The notes beneath the pieces were generated by a model that worked only from the letters and a program-made list of their open reading frames with translations, was not told the DNA's origin and searched no databases. Below, piece after piece: positions 32,305-44,454 of a stretch of 64,000 nucleotides of DNA (positions are counted from its first letter, which is position 1; the number at the start of each line of letters is the position of its first letter). The DNA comes from Macrostomum lignano (Eukaryota), in NCBI GenBank assembly GCA_002269645.1, contig NIVC01000195.1:124001-188000 (forward strand). The letters run 5' to 3'. The translations under genes and the position numbers were made by a program.

Positions 32305-33360
32305 TGGAAAATCAAGGTGTACCTTGACTCTCACTGCTCAAGACAGGTGTACCTTGACTCTCACTGCTCAAGACAGGTGTACCTTGACTCTCACTGCTCA
32401 AGACAGGTGTACCTTGACTCTCACTGCTCAAGACAGGTGTACCTTGACTCTCACTGCTCAAGACAGGTGTACCTTGACTCTCACTGCTCAAGACAGGTGT
32501 ACCTTGACTCTCACTGCTCAAGACAGGGGTACCTCGACTCTCACTGCTCAAGACAGGTGTACCTTGACTCTCACTGCTCAAGACAGGGGTACCTCGACTC
32601 TCACTGCTCAAGACAGGTGTACCTTGACTCTCACTGCTCAAGACAGGTGTACCTTGACTCTCACTGCTCAAGACAGGTGTACCTTGACTCTCTCTGCTCA
32701 AGACAGGTGTACCTTGACTCTCACTGCTCAAGACAGGTGTACCTTGACTCTCACTGCTCAAGACAGGTGTACCTTGACTCTCTCTGCTCAAGACAGGTGT
32801 ACCTTGACTCTCACTGCTCAAGACAGGTGTACCTTGACTCTCACTGCTCAAGACTGGTGTACCTTGACTCTCACTGCTCAAGACAGGTGTACCTTGACTC
32901 TCACTGCTCAAGACAGGTGTACCTTGACTCTCACTGCTCAAGACAGGTGTACCTTGACTCTCACTGCTCAAGACAGGTGTACCTTGACTCTCACTGCTCA
33001 AGACAGGGGTACCTCGACTCTCACTGCTCAAGACAGGTGTACCTTGACTCTCACTGCTCAAGACAGGGGTACCTCGACTCTCACTGCTCAAGACAGGTGT
33101 ACCTTGACTCTCACTGCTCAAGACAGGTGTACCTTGACTCTCACTGCTCAAGACAGGTGTACCTTGACTCTCACTGCTCAAGACAGGTGTACCTTGACTC
33201 TCACTGCTCAAGACAGGTGTACCTTGACTCTCACTGCTCAAGACAGGTGTACCTTGACTCTCACTGCTCAAGACAGGTGTACCTTGACTCTCACTGCTCA
33301 AGACAGGTGTACCTTGACTCTCTCTGCTCAAGACAGGTGTACCTTGACTCTCTCTGCTCA
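32305..33360. repeat. 30-bp minisatellite, ~35 copies
   Basis: Unit GTGTACCTTGACTCTCACTGCTCAAGACAG. Confidence 0.97.
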
Positions 33361-34227
33361 GACATTTGTACCTTCACTCTCATTGCTCAATATAGGTGTA
33401 CTTCAGGAACTGATCAAAACAGGTGTGCCTCAGAGCTGATCGTCCCTGGCTGGCTGGTCGTCTTTGACTGCTGGTCCAGGTGGAACCGCATAGCAGTGGC
33501 CCAGAAAGCTACATTGAGCACACAAAAAGCAGACAAATTAAATGGTCATTTGGCTATAACATCAGCTGTAATCAGGTGATGGTTCTTATTGTGTATTTAC
33601 AATAAATTCAGCAAAAATTGATTAAGAAGCAACTAAAGTCTCTTCAGATTCCTAGAGACCCAAACAAATATTTGTTAAACATTTGCTGCTCAAAATAGTT
33701 TATAAGAGAATAGATAAGAAATATTGCAATTCGCCAAGCTGAGGATAGCTGTGCAGCAATTGCACGAATTTTACCAGTATTTCAATGTCTACTTACTTAA
33801 AGTAGACATAATAGCGCATGCAGTAGTTAAGTAGAAACACAAAAAGGGCAAAAATTCCGGCATGCTGCAAAGTGGATTCTGAAAAGACGCTGGCAAATCA
33901 AAGTGCAGTCTGGAGGAAAGTCTGCTCTAAAAATGATGATTCAACAGCCATGGCATTCCGGATTCACGGCAACAAGTGCTCTGCGAACTGTTCATCATGG
34001 GGTTATGGACTTTGATTTTGATTGATTGAGAGAGGAGAGATGTGAGGAGAGGAGAGAAAAAAGAGAAGAGGGGAGAGAGAACTGAGAAGAGAGATTTTTA
34101 ATGTGAAGCTTTAAAGGAACCGATGGCCGGATAGAGGTTTGCCGACCGCTGATCCAGATGGTTGCCTAAGGCATTGAAAACAGAATCGAGCCTTCAAAAC
34201 CAAAGTACTAGTAGAGGGGGGGGGGGG

Positions 34228-34647
34228 TCAGGACGCGGGCGATCCAGTCAACGGGGAATTCGCAGCCGCTGAGTCTTCGCTCATTGAGTCGCCAGCCATG
34301 GCAGCGGACTCGTGAGCAGCCGGAGGCGCGGGGGCGGGACTCAGCCAGCGCTCCAGGGCGGGCAGGCGCATCAGTAGGCCGCAGATGACGCTGCCAGGCA
34401 GCCGCTGCTTTGAGTCGATGAGGCGGCGCATTCGCTCCTGGGTCCGCCGCGCCAGCTTCGTTGGCGTCTCGCCGGGACCCGGCAGCAGCGGCCGGTCTAT
34501 GAAGGTACGCAGCTTGACGGGGAAATAGCCCAGCGTGATCACCAGCGGCAGGCGGGTCCGCTCGTACAGCCGGCGCAGCAGGCCGAGGCCCGGCCGGAAG
34601 CAGAAGATGCCCTCGCGAATGTTGGTGGTGAATACCGGGTAGATTGG
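34228..34647 (-). CDS. TMEM68: TMEM68 exon 3 (last)
   Basis: PIYPVFTTNIREG...FPVKLRTFI...LIDSKQRLPG, matching TMEM68 PIIPMFTQNIREG...FPVKLRT. TTGCAG acceptor, phase 0. Confidence 0.92.
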   Translation of the reverse strand, partial: PIYPVFTTNIREGIFCFRPGLGLLRRLYERTRLPLVITLGYFPVKLRTFIDRPLLPGPGETPTKLARRTQERMRRLIDSKQRLPGSVICGLLMRLPALERWLSPAPAPPAAHESAAMAGDSMSEDSAAANSPLTGSPAS

Positions 34648-34764
34648 CTGCAAGTGGGTGGTGGGAGAGAATATTTAATAGTAGCGCCTACTATAAGTAC
34701 CAATACGCGAGATTTCAGGTAAAAGCGACAAATTTGAACTTTTTTTGTCACCAGTGACGGATCT

Positions 34765-35085
34765 GGGTGGGAGTTGTGGCGGGCGGACCAGCAACTGAGG
34801 ATCTGGGAGTTGTGGCGGGCGAACCAGCAACTGGGATCTGGGAAGGCGGCCTAGCAAAGCAACTGAGGATCTGGGAAAGCGGCCCAGCAACTGGAATCTG
34901 GGAGTTGTGGCGGGCGGACCAGCAACTGAGAATCTGGGGGTTGTGGCGGGCGGCCCAGCAACTGAGGATCTGGGAGTTGTGGCGGGCGGCCCAGCAACTG
35001 AGGATCTGGGAGTTGTGGCGGGCGGCCCAGCAACTGAGGATCTGGGAATTGTGGCGGGCGGACCAGCAGCTGAGGATCTGGGATC
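34765..35085. repeat. ~36-bp minisatellite in TMEM68 intron 2
   Basis: Unit GCAACTGAGGATCTGGGAGTTGTGGCGGGCGGCCCA. Confidence 0.9.
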
Positions 35086-35110
35086 GCGGGAGTTCAGCGG
35101 GATCGCTCAC

Positions 35111-35464
35111 CGCTCCAGCAGAGATGGCAACCCGCGCGAAGCCGGTCCGCCGGGACCACTCGATGCTGTAGAAGGGGTCGGCGAACAGCGCCTCGCGCAG
35201 GCCACCCGGCATGATGATGACGACGCGGCCCTGGCGCAGCGCATCGGCGCAGGTCTCCACGGTGCCAGGCGTGACGTTCATGACGCGCAGCAGCAGGGCG
35301 AAGCCCGGCACCTTCCACAGGAAATTGTCGGCAACTATGAATGGCTGCCGGTCCGTCTCTAGCACCAGGCGGGCCACCAGGAAGTACACGTCCAGCGGGA
35401 ATACGCCGTGGTATACGATTAGCAGGGCCGGACCGTTGCTAGGCAACCGGTGCAGCCCGGAAAC
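35111..35464 (-). CDS. TMEM68: TMEM68 exon 2 (acyltransferase core)
   Basis: GPALLIVYHGVFPLD (HxxxxD), VADNFLWKVPGF, PGGLREALF, GFARVA. AG/GT boundaries in phase 0. Confidence 0.93.
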
Positions 35465-35566
35465 CTTTTAGGGGAATTTGGGGAAAGACTGGTTATGCCG
35501 AGTGTACACAATAAGGCTGATTGTACATCAGTGGGCTTGTTCAGGCAGACCAGAAACTGTACCAAC

Positions 35567-35851
35567 CTCGTATCCATGCCAGAGTCGTCCAAAGGCGGCC
35601 CAGAAGCCAAGGGCTGTGTGGATGGCGCCCCGCCAGATGGAGTACTGGTAGGATTCCGCCAGACGGTGGCGCCATTTCCACAGCTGCAGCCAGAGCAGGG
35701 AGAAGTATAGGAAGAGCACAACCAGGTAGGGCAGCAGCAGGCAGGTGATGGCGGGCAGGTACAGATAGTACAGCCATGACAGGTAGCTCAGCGTGCCAGG
35801 ATCGGGCAACAGCAGGTCCGCCAGGGCTGCTGCCAGACCGGCTGCCGGCAT
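35567..35851 (-). CDS. TMEM68: TMEM68 exon 1 (protein ~352 aa in total)
   Basis: TM segment LLLPYLVVLFLY and LWHGYE. ATG 8 nt after a CCCGCAG acceptor; GTTGGT donor. Confidence 0.88.
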
Positions 35852-35886
35852 TGCTGGGCCTGCGGGAGTGGAACAGCCGTGCGGCC

Positions 35887-37471
35887 TACAGAGTGCTGTC
35901 ACTGGAGTGCCCTGTCTACAGAGTGCTGTCACTAGAGTGCCCTGCCTACAGAGTGCTGTCACTAGAGTGCCCTGCCTACAGAATGCTGTCACTAGAGTGC
36001 CCTGCCTACAGAGTGCTGTCACTAGAGTGCCCTGCCTACAGAATGCTGTCACTAGAGTGCCCTGCCTACAGAGTGCTGTCACTAGAGTGCCCTGTATACA
36101 GAGTGCTGTCACTATAGTGTCCTGCCTACAGAATGCTGTCACTAGAGTGCCCTGTCTACAGAATGCTGTCACTAGAGTGCCCTGCCTACAGAGTGCTGTC
36201 ACTAGAGTGCCCTGCCTACAGAATGCTGTCACTAGAGTGCCCTGCCTACAGAGTTCTGTCACTGGAGTGCCCTGTCTACAGAGTGCTGTCACTAGAGTGC
36301 CCTGCCTACAGAGTGCTGTCACTAGAGTGCTCTGCCTACAGAGTGCTGTCACTGGAGTGCCCTGCCTACAGAGTTCTGTCACTGGAGTGCCCTGTCTACA
36401 GAGTGCTGTCACTAGAGTGCCCTGCCTACAGAATGCTGTCACTGGAGTGCCCTGTCTACAGAGTGCTGTCACTAGAGTGCCCTGCCTACAGAATGCTGTC
36501 ACTAGAGTGCCCTGCCTACAGAGTGCTGTCACTAGAGTGCCCTGTCTACAGAATGCTGTCACTGGAGTGCCCTGTCTACAGATTGCTGTCACTAGAGTGC
36601 CCTGTCTACAGAATGCTGTCACTGGAGTGCCCTGTCTACAGATTGCTGTCACTAGAGTGCCCTGTCTACAGAATGCTGTCACTGGAGTGCCCTGTCTACA
36701 GATTGCTGTCACTAGAGTGCCCTGTCTACAGAATGCTGTCACTGGAGTGCCCTGTCTACAGAATGCTGTCACTGGAGTGCCCTGCCTACAGAATGCTGTC
36801 ACTAGAGTGCCCTGTCTACAGAGTGTTGTCACTAGAGTGCCCTGTCTACAGAATGCTGTCACTGGAGTGCCCTGTCTACAGAATGCTGTCACTGGAGTGC
36901 CCTGCCTACAGAGTGTTGTCACTAGAGTGCCCTGCCTACAGAATGCTGTCACTGGAGTGCCCTGTCTACAGAATGCTGTCACTGGAGTGCCCTGCCTACA
37001 GAATGCTGTCACTAGAGTGCCCTGTCTACAGAGTGTTGTCACTAGAGTGCCCTGCCTACAGAATGCTGTCACTGGAGTGCCCTGTCTACAGAATGCTGTC
37101 ACTGGAGTGCCCTGCCTACAGAGTGTTGTCACTAGAGTGCCCTGTCTACAGAATGCTGTCACTGGAGTGCCCTGTCTACAGATTGCTGTCACTAGAGTGC
37201 CCTGTCTACAGAATGCTGTCACTGGAGTGCCCTGTCTACAGAATGCTGTCACTGGAGTGCCCTGCCTACAGAATGCTGTCACTAGAGTGCCCTGTCTACA
37301 GAGTGTTGTCACTAGAGTGCCCTGCCTACAGAATGCTGTCACTGGAGTGCCCTGTCTACAGAATGCTGTCACTAGAGTGCCCTGTCTACAGAGTGTTGTC
37401 ACTAGAGTGCCCTGCCTACAGAATGCTGTCACTGGAGTGCCCTGCCTACAGATTGCTGTCACTAGAGTGCC
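35887..37471. repeat. 30-bp minisatellite, ~53 copies, directly upstream of TMEM68
   Basis: Unit ACAGAGTGCTGTCACTAGAGTGCCCTGCCT and variants. Confidence 0.97.
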
Positions 37472-37934
37472 AAAGTAAAAAAGTCCAATAGCAGAAGTTA
37501 AAGGCGGTAAATGTTGCAGCAATGTCTCACAAAAACAAGCGCCAAAGCCAAAGCAACGGGCCTGCAGTTCAGTTTCTTCAAGTCAACTGTTAGTGTTAGG
37601 TAGCAAATGGGAAGGTTTTAAAGACGATATTCTCTGGGGAAAAGGGGAAATCACACACGACAGGTAACGCCGGAAGTGCTGCACGCGGGGAATCTATGCT
37701 CTATGTTAGAAATTTTTTACTAGAAAAATGCTCGTGAGATATAAATATGTCAGATCTGCTTGCTTGAGGATAGAAATAATAAATACTACTAATAGTGCCG
37801 ATAAGGAAAGTAGTATCGCTCGATACCACAAGGGGAACATAAAGCAGCTTAGGACGTTACACAAGGAATAAGAAAGTTTTTGATTGTGCAAATTTTGACT
37901 CATTTTGCGTATCACAAAGGATAATTGGGCCTGT

Positions 37935-39097
37935 TATGACTCATTCCGCATCACATGATTCCGCACAGCCATTTTGACTCATTCTGTCACATGATACCGC
38001 ACAGCCACTATGAATCTTTCTGTCACATGATTCCCCACAGCTATTATGACTCATTCTGTGCCACATGATTCCGCACAGCCACTATGACTCATTCTGTGAC
38101 ACATGATTCCGCACAGCCACTATGACTCATTCTGTGACACATGATTCCGCACAGCCACTATGACTCATTCTGTGGCACATGATTCCGCACAGCCACTATG
38201 ACTCATTCTGTGGCACATGATTCCGCACAGCCACTATGACTCATTCTGTGGCACATGATTCCGCACAGCCACTATGACTCATTCTGTGGCACATGATTCA
38301 ACACAGTCACTATGACTCATTTTGTGGCACATGATTCCGCACAGCCACTATGACTCATTCTGTGGCACATGATTCCGCACAGCCACTATGACTCATTCTG
38401 TGGCACATGATACCGCACAGCCACTATGACTCATTCTGTGACACATGATTCCGCACAGCCACTATGACTCATTCTGTGGCACATGATTCAACACAGCCAC
38501 TATGACTCATTTTGTGGCACATGATTCCGCACAGCCACTATGACTCATTCTGTGGCACATGATACCGCACAGCCACTATGACTCATTCTGTGACACATGA
38601 TTCCGCACAGCCACTATGACTCATTCTGTGACACATGATTCCGCACAGCCACTATGACTCATTCTGTGGCACATGATTCCGCACAGCCACTATGACTCAT
38701 TCTGTGACACATGATTCCGCACAGCCACTATGACTCATTCTGTGGCACATGATTCCGCACAGCCACTATGACTCATTCTGTGGCACATGATTCCGCACAG
38801 CCACTATGACTCATTCTGTGGCACATGATTCCGCACAGCCACTATGACTCATTCTGTGGCACATGATTCCGCACAGCCACTATGACTCATTCTGTGACAC
38901 ATGATTCCGCACAGCCACTATGACTCATTCTGTGGCACATGATTCCGCACAGCCACTATGACTCATTCTGTGGCACATGATTCCGCACAGCCACTATGAC
39001 TCATTCTGTGGCACATGATTCCGCACAGCCACTATGACTCATTCTGTGGCACATGATTCCGCACAGCCACTATGACTCATTCTGTGGCACATGATAC
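37935..39097. repeat. 38-bp minisatellite, ~30 copies, each with ATGACTCAT
   Basis: Unit CTATGACTCATTCTGTGGCACATGATTCCGCACAGCCA. Confidence 0.97.
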
Positions 39098-39874
39098 CTC
39101 ATACTTTCATAGCCCATTTGATATGCTCACAGTTCCTTCGCACTCAGAATGGAAACAGGACAGCAGCGGGACAAACTCCAATCTGCCTTAAATAACCAGC
39201 GATAATAAGCTGGAGAAGTTGTGATAGAGAAGCTAAAAAACGCAATCAAGAGTTAAGCGTGCCTGTCTAGAGAAAGCACAGGGTGGTGCATCAGGCAGGG
39301 GAACTATTGCGCAACAACTCCGACCGGCTTGCAGAGCCAGACATAAAGAAAAAAGAAATAATTTTTCTTTACAGCCAAACTACTTACTTGAGGAAATACT
39401 GAGTAGCATATAAAGCGTATAAAGTGCCGAAGAGCATTCAAACGCACACAGAAACGGCGACAGCGCCTTCTCACTGAACAAAGCAAACAAACTAGGAAGG
39501 CGGTAACTATAATAAATCTACTAAAAATAAATTAAACTTATATGCAAAAACTAAGGGCATCAGAGCCAGCCCAGTGACATGCTCTGCACGTCGCAACCAC
39601 ACTTATATGTACAGGCCAGGAGTGCATAGCATGAGTACAGCACATGCACACATGCGCATTAGTTTGATTTCCAGAATAGGTACAGCTGAGGGCTAGTAGA
39701 ACAGATAGGATAGAAATCTACCGCAAAAAGCAAGCGATTCACAAAATAGGAAGTGCCCCGGGCCTCGGGCCCAGTTCCGCGGCTTTGATAGGCAAAGAAA
39801 CAAATTGGAGAAGCAGTGAATAAATTCAAGCCAAGCTATAAGTTGCTTCTAAGCTGTTGGGTTTAAATTCAGTC

Positions 39875-40325
39875 TCACCCCTGACTCTCCATCTCCATCT
39901 TTCTCTATCTCATCCCTGACTCTCCGTCTCCAACTGTCTCAGTCTCACCCCTGACTCTCCAACTCTCTCAATCTCATCCCTGACTCTCCATCTCCATCTC
40001 TCTCAATCTCATCCCTGACTCTCCGTCTCCAACTGTCTCAGTCTCACCCCTGACTCTCCATCTCTCTCAATCTCATCCCTGACTCTCCGTCTCCAAAGGT
40101 CTCAGTCTCCCCCTGACTCTCCATCTCTCTCAATCTCATCCCTGACTCTCCATCTCCATCTCTCTGTCTCACCCTTGACTTTCCATCTCAATTAATATCA
40201 GTCTCACCCTGACTCTCCATCTTCATGTCTCAGTCTCACCCTGACTCTCCATCTTCCTCGCTCAGTCTCACCCTGACTCTCCATCTTCCTCTCATTCTCA
40301 CCCTGACTCTCCATCTCACCCCTGA
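39875..40325. repeat. Degenerate pyrimidine-rich tandem repeat in the CASD1 3' region
   Basis: Recurrent CAGTCTCACCCTGACTCTCCATCT. Confidence 0.85.
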
Positions 40326-40445
40326 CTCTATTTCTACCTCACAGAAGTCACGCAAGCAAAAGTGAATCAGCTAAGAGCAAAGCCAGTATGGAATGCGCCA
40401 CCCAGCAGGAGGGCAGCAGACAGTCTCAGGCGAATCCACGGGGCC

Positions 40446-40940
40446 TCAGCTGAACGAGAAGGCGCCATGCGTCACCCCGATGGGCACCAGCACGGCGCAG
40501 AAGATCAGCAGGTTCCGCATCGCCAGGCGCCAGTCGTCGGGCACAGCGTAGGGCGTCAGCAGCCGGGTGATGGAGTGAACCTCGTGCGCCAGGCACACAA
40601 ATATGAATGACGTGGTGATCAGGTTGAGCACATAGTTGGACGGTATGAGCACAAGCAGGCCGCTAGTATCGTTGGACAGCCACACGTGGTACTGGGCGAT
40701 GAACAGCTCCAGGGCGATGCGGCCGAACCAGGCGAAGAACACGGAGTAGCGCTGGCGCAGGGAGCCCCACACGTTGCGGACGCAGGCGTAGCCCAGGATC
40801 GGCAGCACCACCAGCAGCGGGTGCACCGAGTTGCAGTCCTGCTTGCTGGGGCACAGCACGGCGAAGGCCGTGTAGGACAGGCAGGCCAGCAGGCCGACCA
40901 GGCTCAGGCCGGCTGCCACGCCGCGGCCCGCCAGGTCACC
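40446..40940 (-). CDS. CASD1: CASD1 exon 4 (last)
   Basis: YNSVHP-like CNSVHP, YACVRN, WFGRIALELFIAQYHVWL, VLIP...LNL, TPYAVP. TAAAG acceptor, phase 0. Confidence 0.93.
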   Translation of the reverse strand, partial: GDLAGRGVAAGLSLVGLLACLSYTAFAVLCPSKQDCNSVHPLLVVLPILGYACVRNVWGSLRQRYSVFFAWFGRIALELFIAQYHVWLSNDTSGLLVLIPSNYVLNLITTSFIFVCLAHEVHSITRLLTPYAVPDDWRLAMRNLLIFCAVLVPIGVTHGAFSFS

Positions 40941-41069
40941 CTTTAGATGGTGGCGAAAGGGGGCTTTCGGGTGGCCTTCGGTGCTTTGGGGAAATACGGC
41001 GAATTCACTTAAAGTCTGTCTGTGACAAAACAGACCGCCATTCTAGCTTGCTGTTTCTGCTTTTCAGCG

Positions 41070-41700
41070 AAACCTGTCCGGTCCCCTACAACCTGACCGG
41101 TCCCCTACAACCTGTCCGGTCACCTACAACCTGTCCGGTCCCCTACAACCTGACCGGTCCCCTACAACCTGTCCGGTCACCTACAACCTGTCCGGTCCCC
41201 TACAACCTGTCCGGTCCCCTAAAATCTGTCCGGTCACCTACAACCTGTCCGGTCCCCTACAACCTGTCCGGTCCCCTACAACCTGTCCGGTCACTTACAA
41301 CCTGTCCGGTCCCCTACAACATGTCCGGTCCCCTAAAATCTGTCCGGTCCCCTAAAATCTGTCCGGTCACCTACAATATGTCCGGTCTAATACGACCTGT
41401 CCGGTCACCTACAACCTGTCCGGTCCCCTACAACCTGTCCGGTCCCCTACAACCTGTCAGATCACCTACAACCTGTCCGGTCACCTACAACCTGTCCGGT
41501 CCCTTACAACATGTCCGGTCACCTACAACCTGTCCGGTCCCCTACAACATGTCCGGTCCCCTACAACCTGTCCGGTCCCCTACAACCTGTCCGGTCCCCT
41601 ACAATCTGTCCGGTCACCTACTACTTGTCCGGTCTACTTCAAACTGTCCGGTCCTACATAACTTGTCCGGTCCTACGTAACATGCCCGGTTTCCTACAAC
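41070..41700. repeat. 19-bp minisatellite, ~33 copies, CASD1 intron 3
   Basis: Unit GTCCCCTACAACCTGTCCG. Confidence 0.95.
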
Positions 41701-41839
41701 CTGTCCACCATTCGCTATTCATCCTTCCCCGAATACGTGTGCTTCCTCATTCCACATCTCTTCTGGAATTAAGAAGCTCTTACCCTTCTACCTGTCTTTA
41801 AAGCATCTCTAATTTCCCTTCCCCGACATCGCTCCCCAC

Positions 41840-42385
41840 CTGGTGACTGTCGTCCAGCAGACGGAAGTGCCTGGCCGCCTGGATGCAGATGGCGGCGGCG
41901 GCGCCGGCCAGGCTGGAGTAGCGGTCCAGCGACCAGCGGAAGCGCCACTCCCGGGACCGGTCCTCCGAGGCGACAAACAGCGACCTGGCCGGGCCACTGA
42001 GGAACAGCTTGCTGAAGGCGTACTCGGAGGCGTACAGCAGCGACACCAACAGGACCACCACGCCGAGCTTGGCCGCCGCGGCTGCCAGAGTGAAGCCCGG
42101 CCGGCGGTCAAGAGTGGCCTGGCAGACCCGGGGCCAGGCGACCGCCATGAAGAAGGTGACCAGGAACCAGTGAGACACCAGCGGCACAAAGTAGTAGAAC
42201 TGGTAGGGCCGGTTCATGACCAGGCAGAGGCACACCACCAGCACGTTCATGCGGAACAGCACGCGCAGGCCGCGCACCAGGCAGCCCTTGAAGCCGCGAG
42301 ACCAGAAATAGGTCATGTGACCGAAGCCGGATAGGAACAGGTAGCTGGACACGCACACCCGGATGTGCATGTACACCGGGAGCAC
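41840..42385 (-). CDS. CASD1: CASD1 exon 3
   Basis: VLPVYMHIRVCVSSYLFLSGFGH, MNRPYQFYYFVPLVSHWF, EWRFRWSLDRY. Confidence 0.95.
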
Positions 42386-42489
42386 CTGGGAACGGGGGCG
42401 AAGTGAATTAGCGGTGCAAGTTTGACTAATTTTGGGATTGCTGTTTATCTTGAGTGATTTGGGGATTCGGAGGATACGGACACAGAGGC

Positions 42490-43405
42490 TTGGGATTCGG
42501 GGATAGGGACACGGAGCCTTGGGATTTGGGGGACACGAAGCCTTGGGATTTGGGGATAGGGACACGGGGTCTTGGGATTTGGCGATAGGGACACGGAGCC
42601 TTGGGATTTGGGGGACACGAAGCCTTGGGATTTGGGGATAGGGACACGGAGCCTTGGGATTTGGGGATAGGGACACGGAGCCTTGAGATTTGGGGATAGG
42701 GACAGGGAGCCTTGGGATTTGGGGGACACGAAGCCTTGGGATTTGGGGATAGGGACACGGAGCCTTGGGATTTGGGGATAGGGACACGGAGCCTTGGGAT
42801 TTGGGGATAGGGACACGGAGCCTTGAGATTTGGGGATAGGGACAGGGAGCCTTGGGATTTGGGGGACACGAAGCCTTGGGGTTTGGGGATAGGGACACGG
42901 AGCCTTGGGATTTGGGGGACACGAAGCCTTGGGATTTGGGGATAGGGACACGGAGCCTTGGGATTTGGGGATAGGGACACGGAGCCTTGGGATTTGGGGA
43001 TAGGGACACGGGGTCTTGGGATTTGGCGATAGGGACACGGAGCCTTGGGATTTGGGGGACACGAAGCCTTGGGATTTGGGGATAGGGACACGGAGCCTTG
43101 GGATTTGGGGATAGGGACACGGAGCCTTGAGATTTGGGGATAGGGACAGGGAGCCTTGGGATTTGGGGGACACGAAGCCTTGGGATTTGGGGATAGGGAC
43201 ACGGAGCCTTGGGATTTGGGGATAGGGACACGGAGCCTTGGGATTTGGGGATAGGGACACGGAGCCTTGAGATTTGGGGATAGGGACAGGGAGCCTTGGG
43301 ATTTGGGGGACACGAAGCCTTGGGATTTGGGGATAGGGACACGGAGCCTTGGGATTTGGGGATAGGGACATGGGGCCTTGTGATTTGGGGATAGGGACAC
43401 GGGGT
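42490..43405. repeat. 24/29-bp G-rich minisatellite, CASD1 intron 2
   Basis: Unit GGAGCCTTGGGATTTGGGGATAGGGACAC. Confidence 0.95.
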
Positions 43406-43438
43406 CCAACAAACAGGGCCCAGACACCCAGACCCTAC

Positions 43439-43957
43439 CTGCGAGGCGGAGGTCATGTGGTACACCAGGATGATGAGCTGGGCCACTCCCTTCCACTCGT
43501 CCGTGACATCCCGGTGCAGCAGCTGGGTGTACTGCGAGTTGTCGGTGAAGAACAGCCCCAGGACCAGCACGTACAGCAGCGGGATGACAAAGTTGAGCGC
43601 GGTGAAGGTTTTGTTCTCCTTCATGAAGAAGGAGGTCCGGTCGCAGACGAAAAAGTAGCCGAGCACGAGGCCCAGCTTGGCCAGAGCGCAGGCGAGCTCG
43701 TGCAGCGAGTCGATGACGGAGAAGGGGCTGGCGTCCGAGCCGGTGCGCTGGTGCGTCATGGCGTAGGTCGGCTTGAGGCGGCGGCCGCCGTCCTTGCGAA
43801 CGAATGCGTTGAACAGGCAGAGCAGGCCGGCCACCACAGCCCAGCAGGCGAAGAAGGCGAAGGTGAGCAGCTGGCTGATGGTCACGGGCTCCGGCACCGA
43901 GCAGCAGGTGCCGTCCGAGTACTTCATGTGGTTGTTGCAGTAGAAGTTGGCCAACAC
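43439..43957 (-). CDS. CASD1: CASD1 exon 2
   Basis: NFYCN...DGTCC, YFFVCDRT, LHRDVTDEWKG. Confidence 0.95.
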
Positions 43958-44039
43958 CTGGTTGGGAAGATGGAATTGTTCCGAAATGGAATGAGGAACA
44001 TGGGATAAGGCGTATGGCTGGAGAAATGGGAAATACCGA

Positions 44040-44415
44040 ATGGGAGCATGGGGAATACGGGATGGGGTATGGGGGATACAGGGTGGGATATGGGAAATAC
44101 CAGATGGGATATGGGGAATAGCGGATGGGATATGGGGAATAGCGGATGGGATATGGGGAATATACCATAGGATATGGGGAATAGCGGATGGGATATGGGG
44201 AATATAGGATAGGATACAGGGAATAGCGGATGGGATATGGGGAATATGGGATAGGATATGGGGAATAGCGGATGGGATATGGGGAATACCGGATAGGATA
44301 TGGGGAATAGCGGATGGGATATGGGGAATATGGGATAGGATATGGGGAATAGCGGGTGGGATATGGGGAATACCGGATAGGATATGGGGAATAGCGAATG
44401 CGATATGGGAATACC
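44040..44415. repeat. ~21-bp minisatellite, CASD1 intron 1
   Basis: Unit GGGATATGGGGAATAGCGGAT. Confidence 0.9.
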
Positions 44416-44454
44416 AGATTGCCAAAAGTGCTTTAAAGGGAGAAAATTCCCGAC

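Noticed and set aside
30613-33579. Ser/Gln-rich and Cys-rich repeat ORFs of 317-445 aa
   Set aside because: They coincide with the 24/27-bp and 30-bp arrays and are open in several frames on both strands.
35528-37522. 664-aa ORF giving TMEM68 a long repetitive N-terminus
   Set aside because: The extension is the 30-bp array. An acceptor and ATG at 35851-35862 give a normal-length TMEM68.
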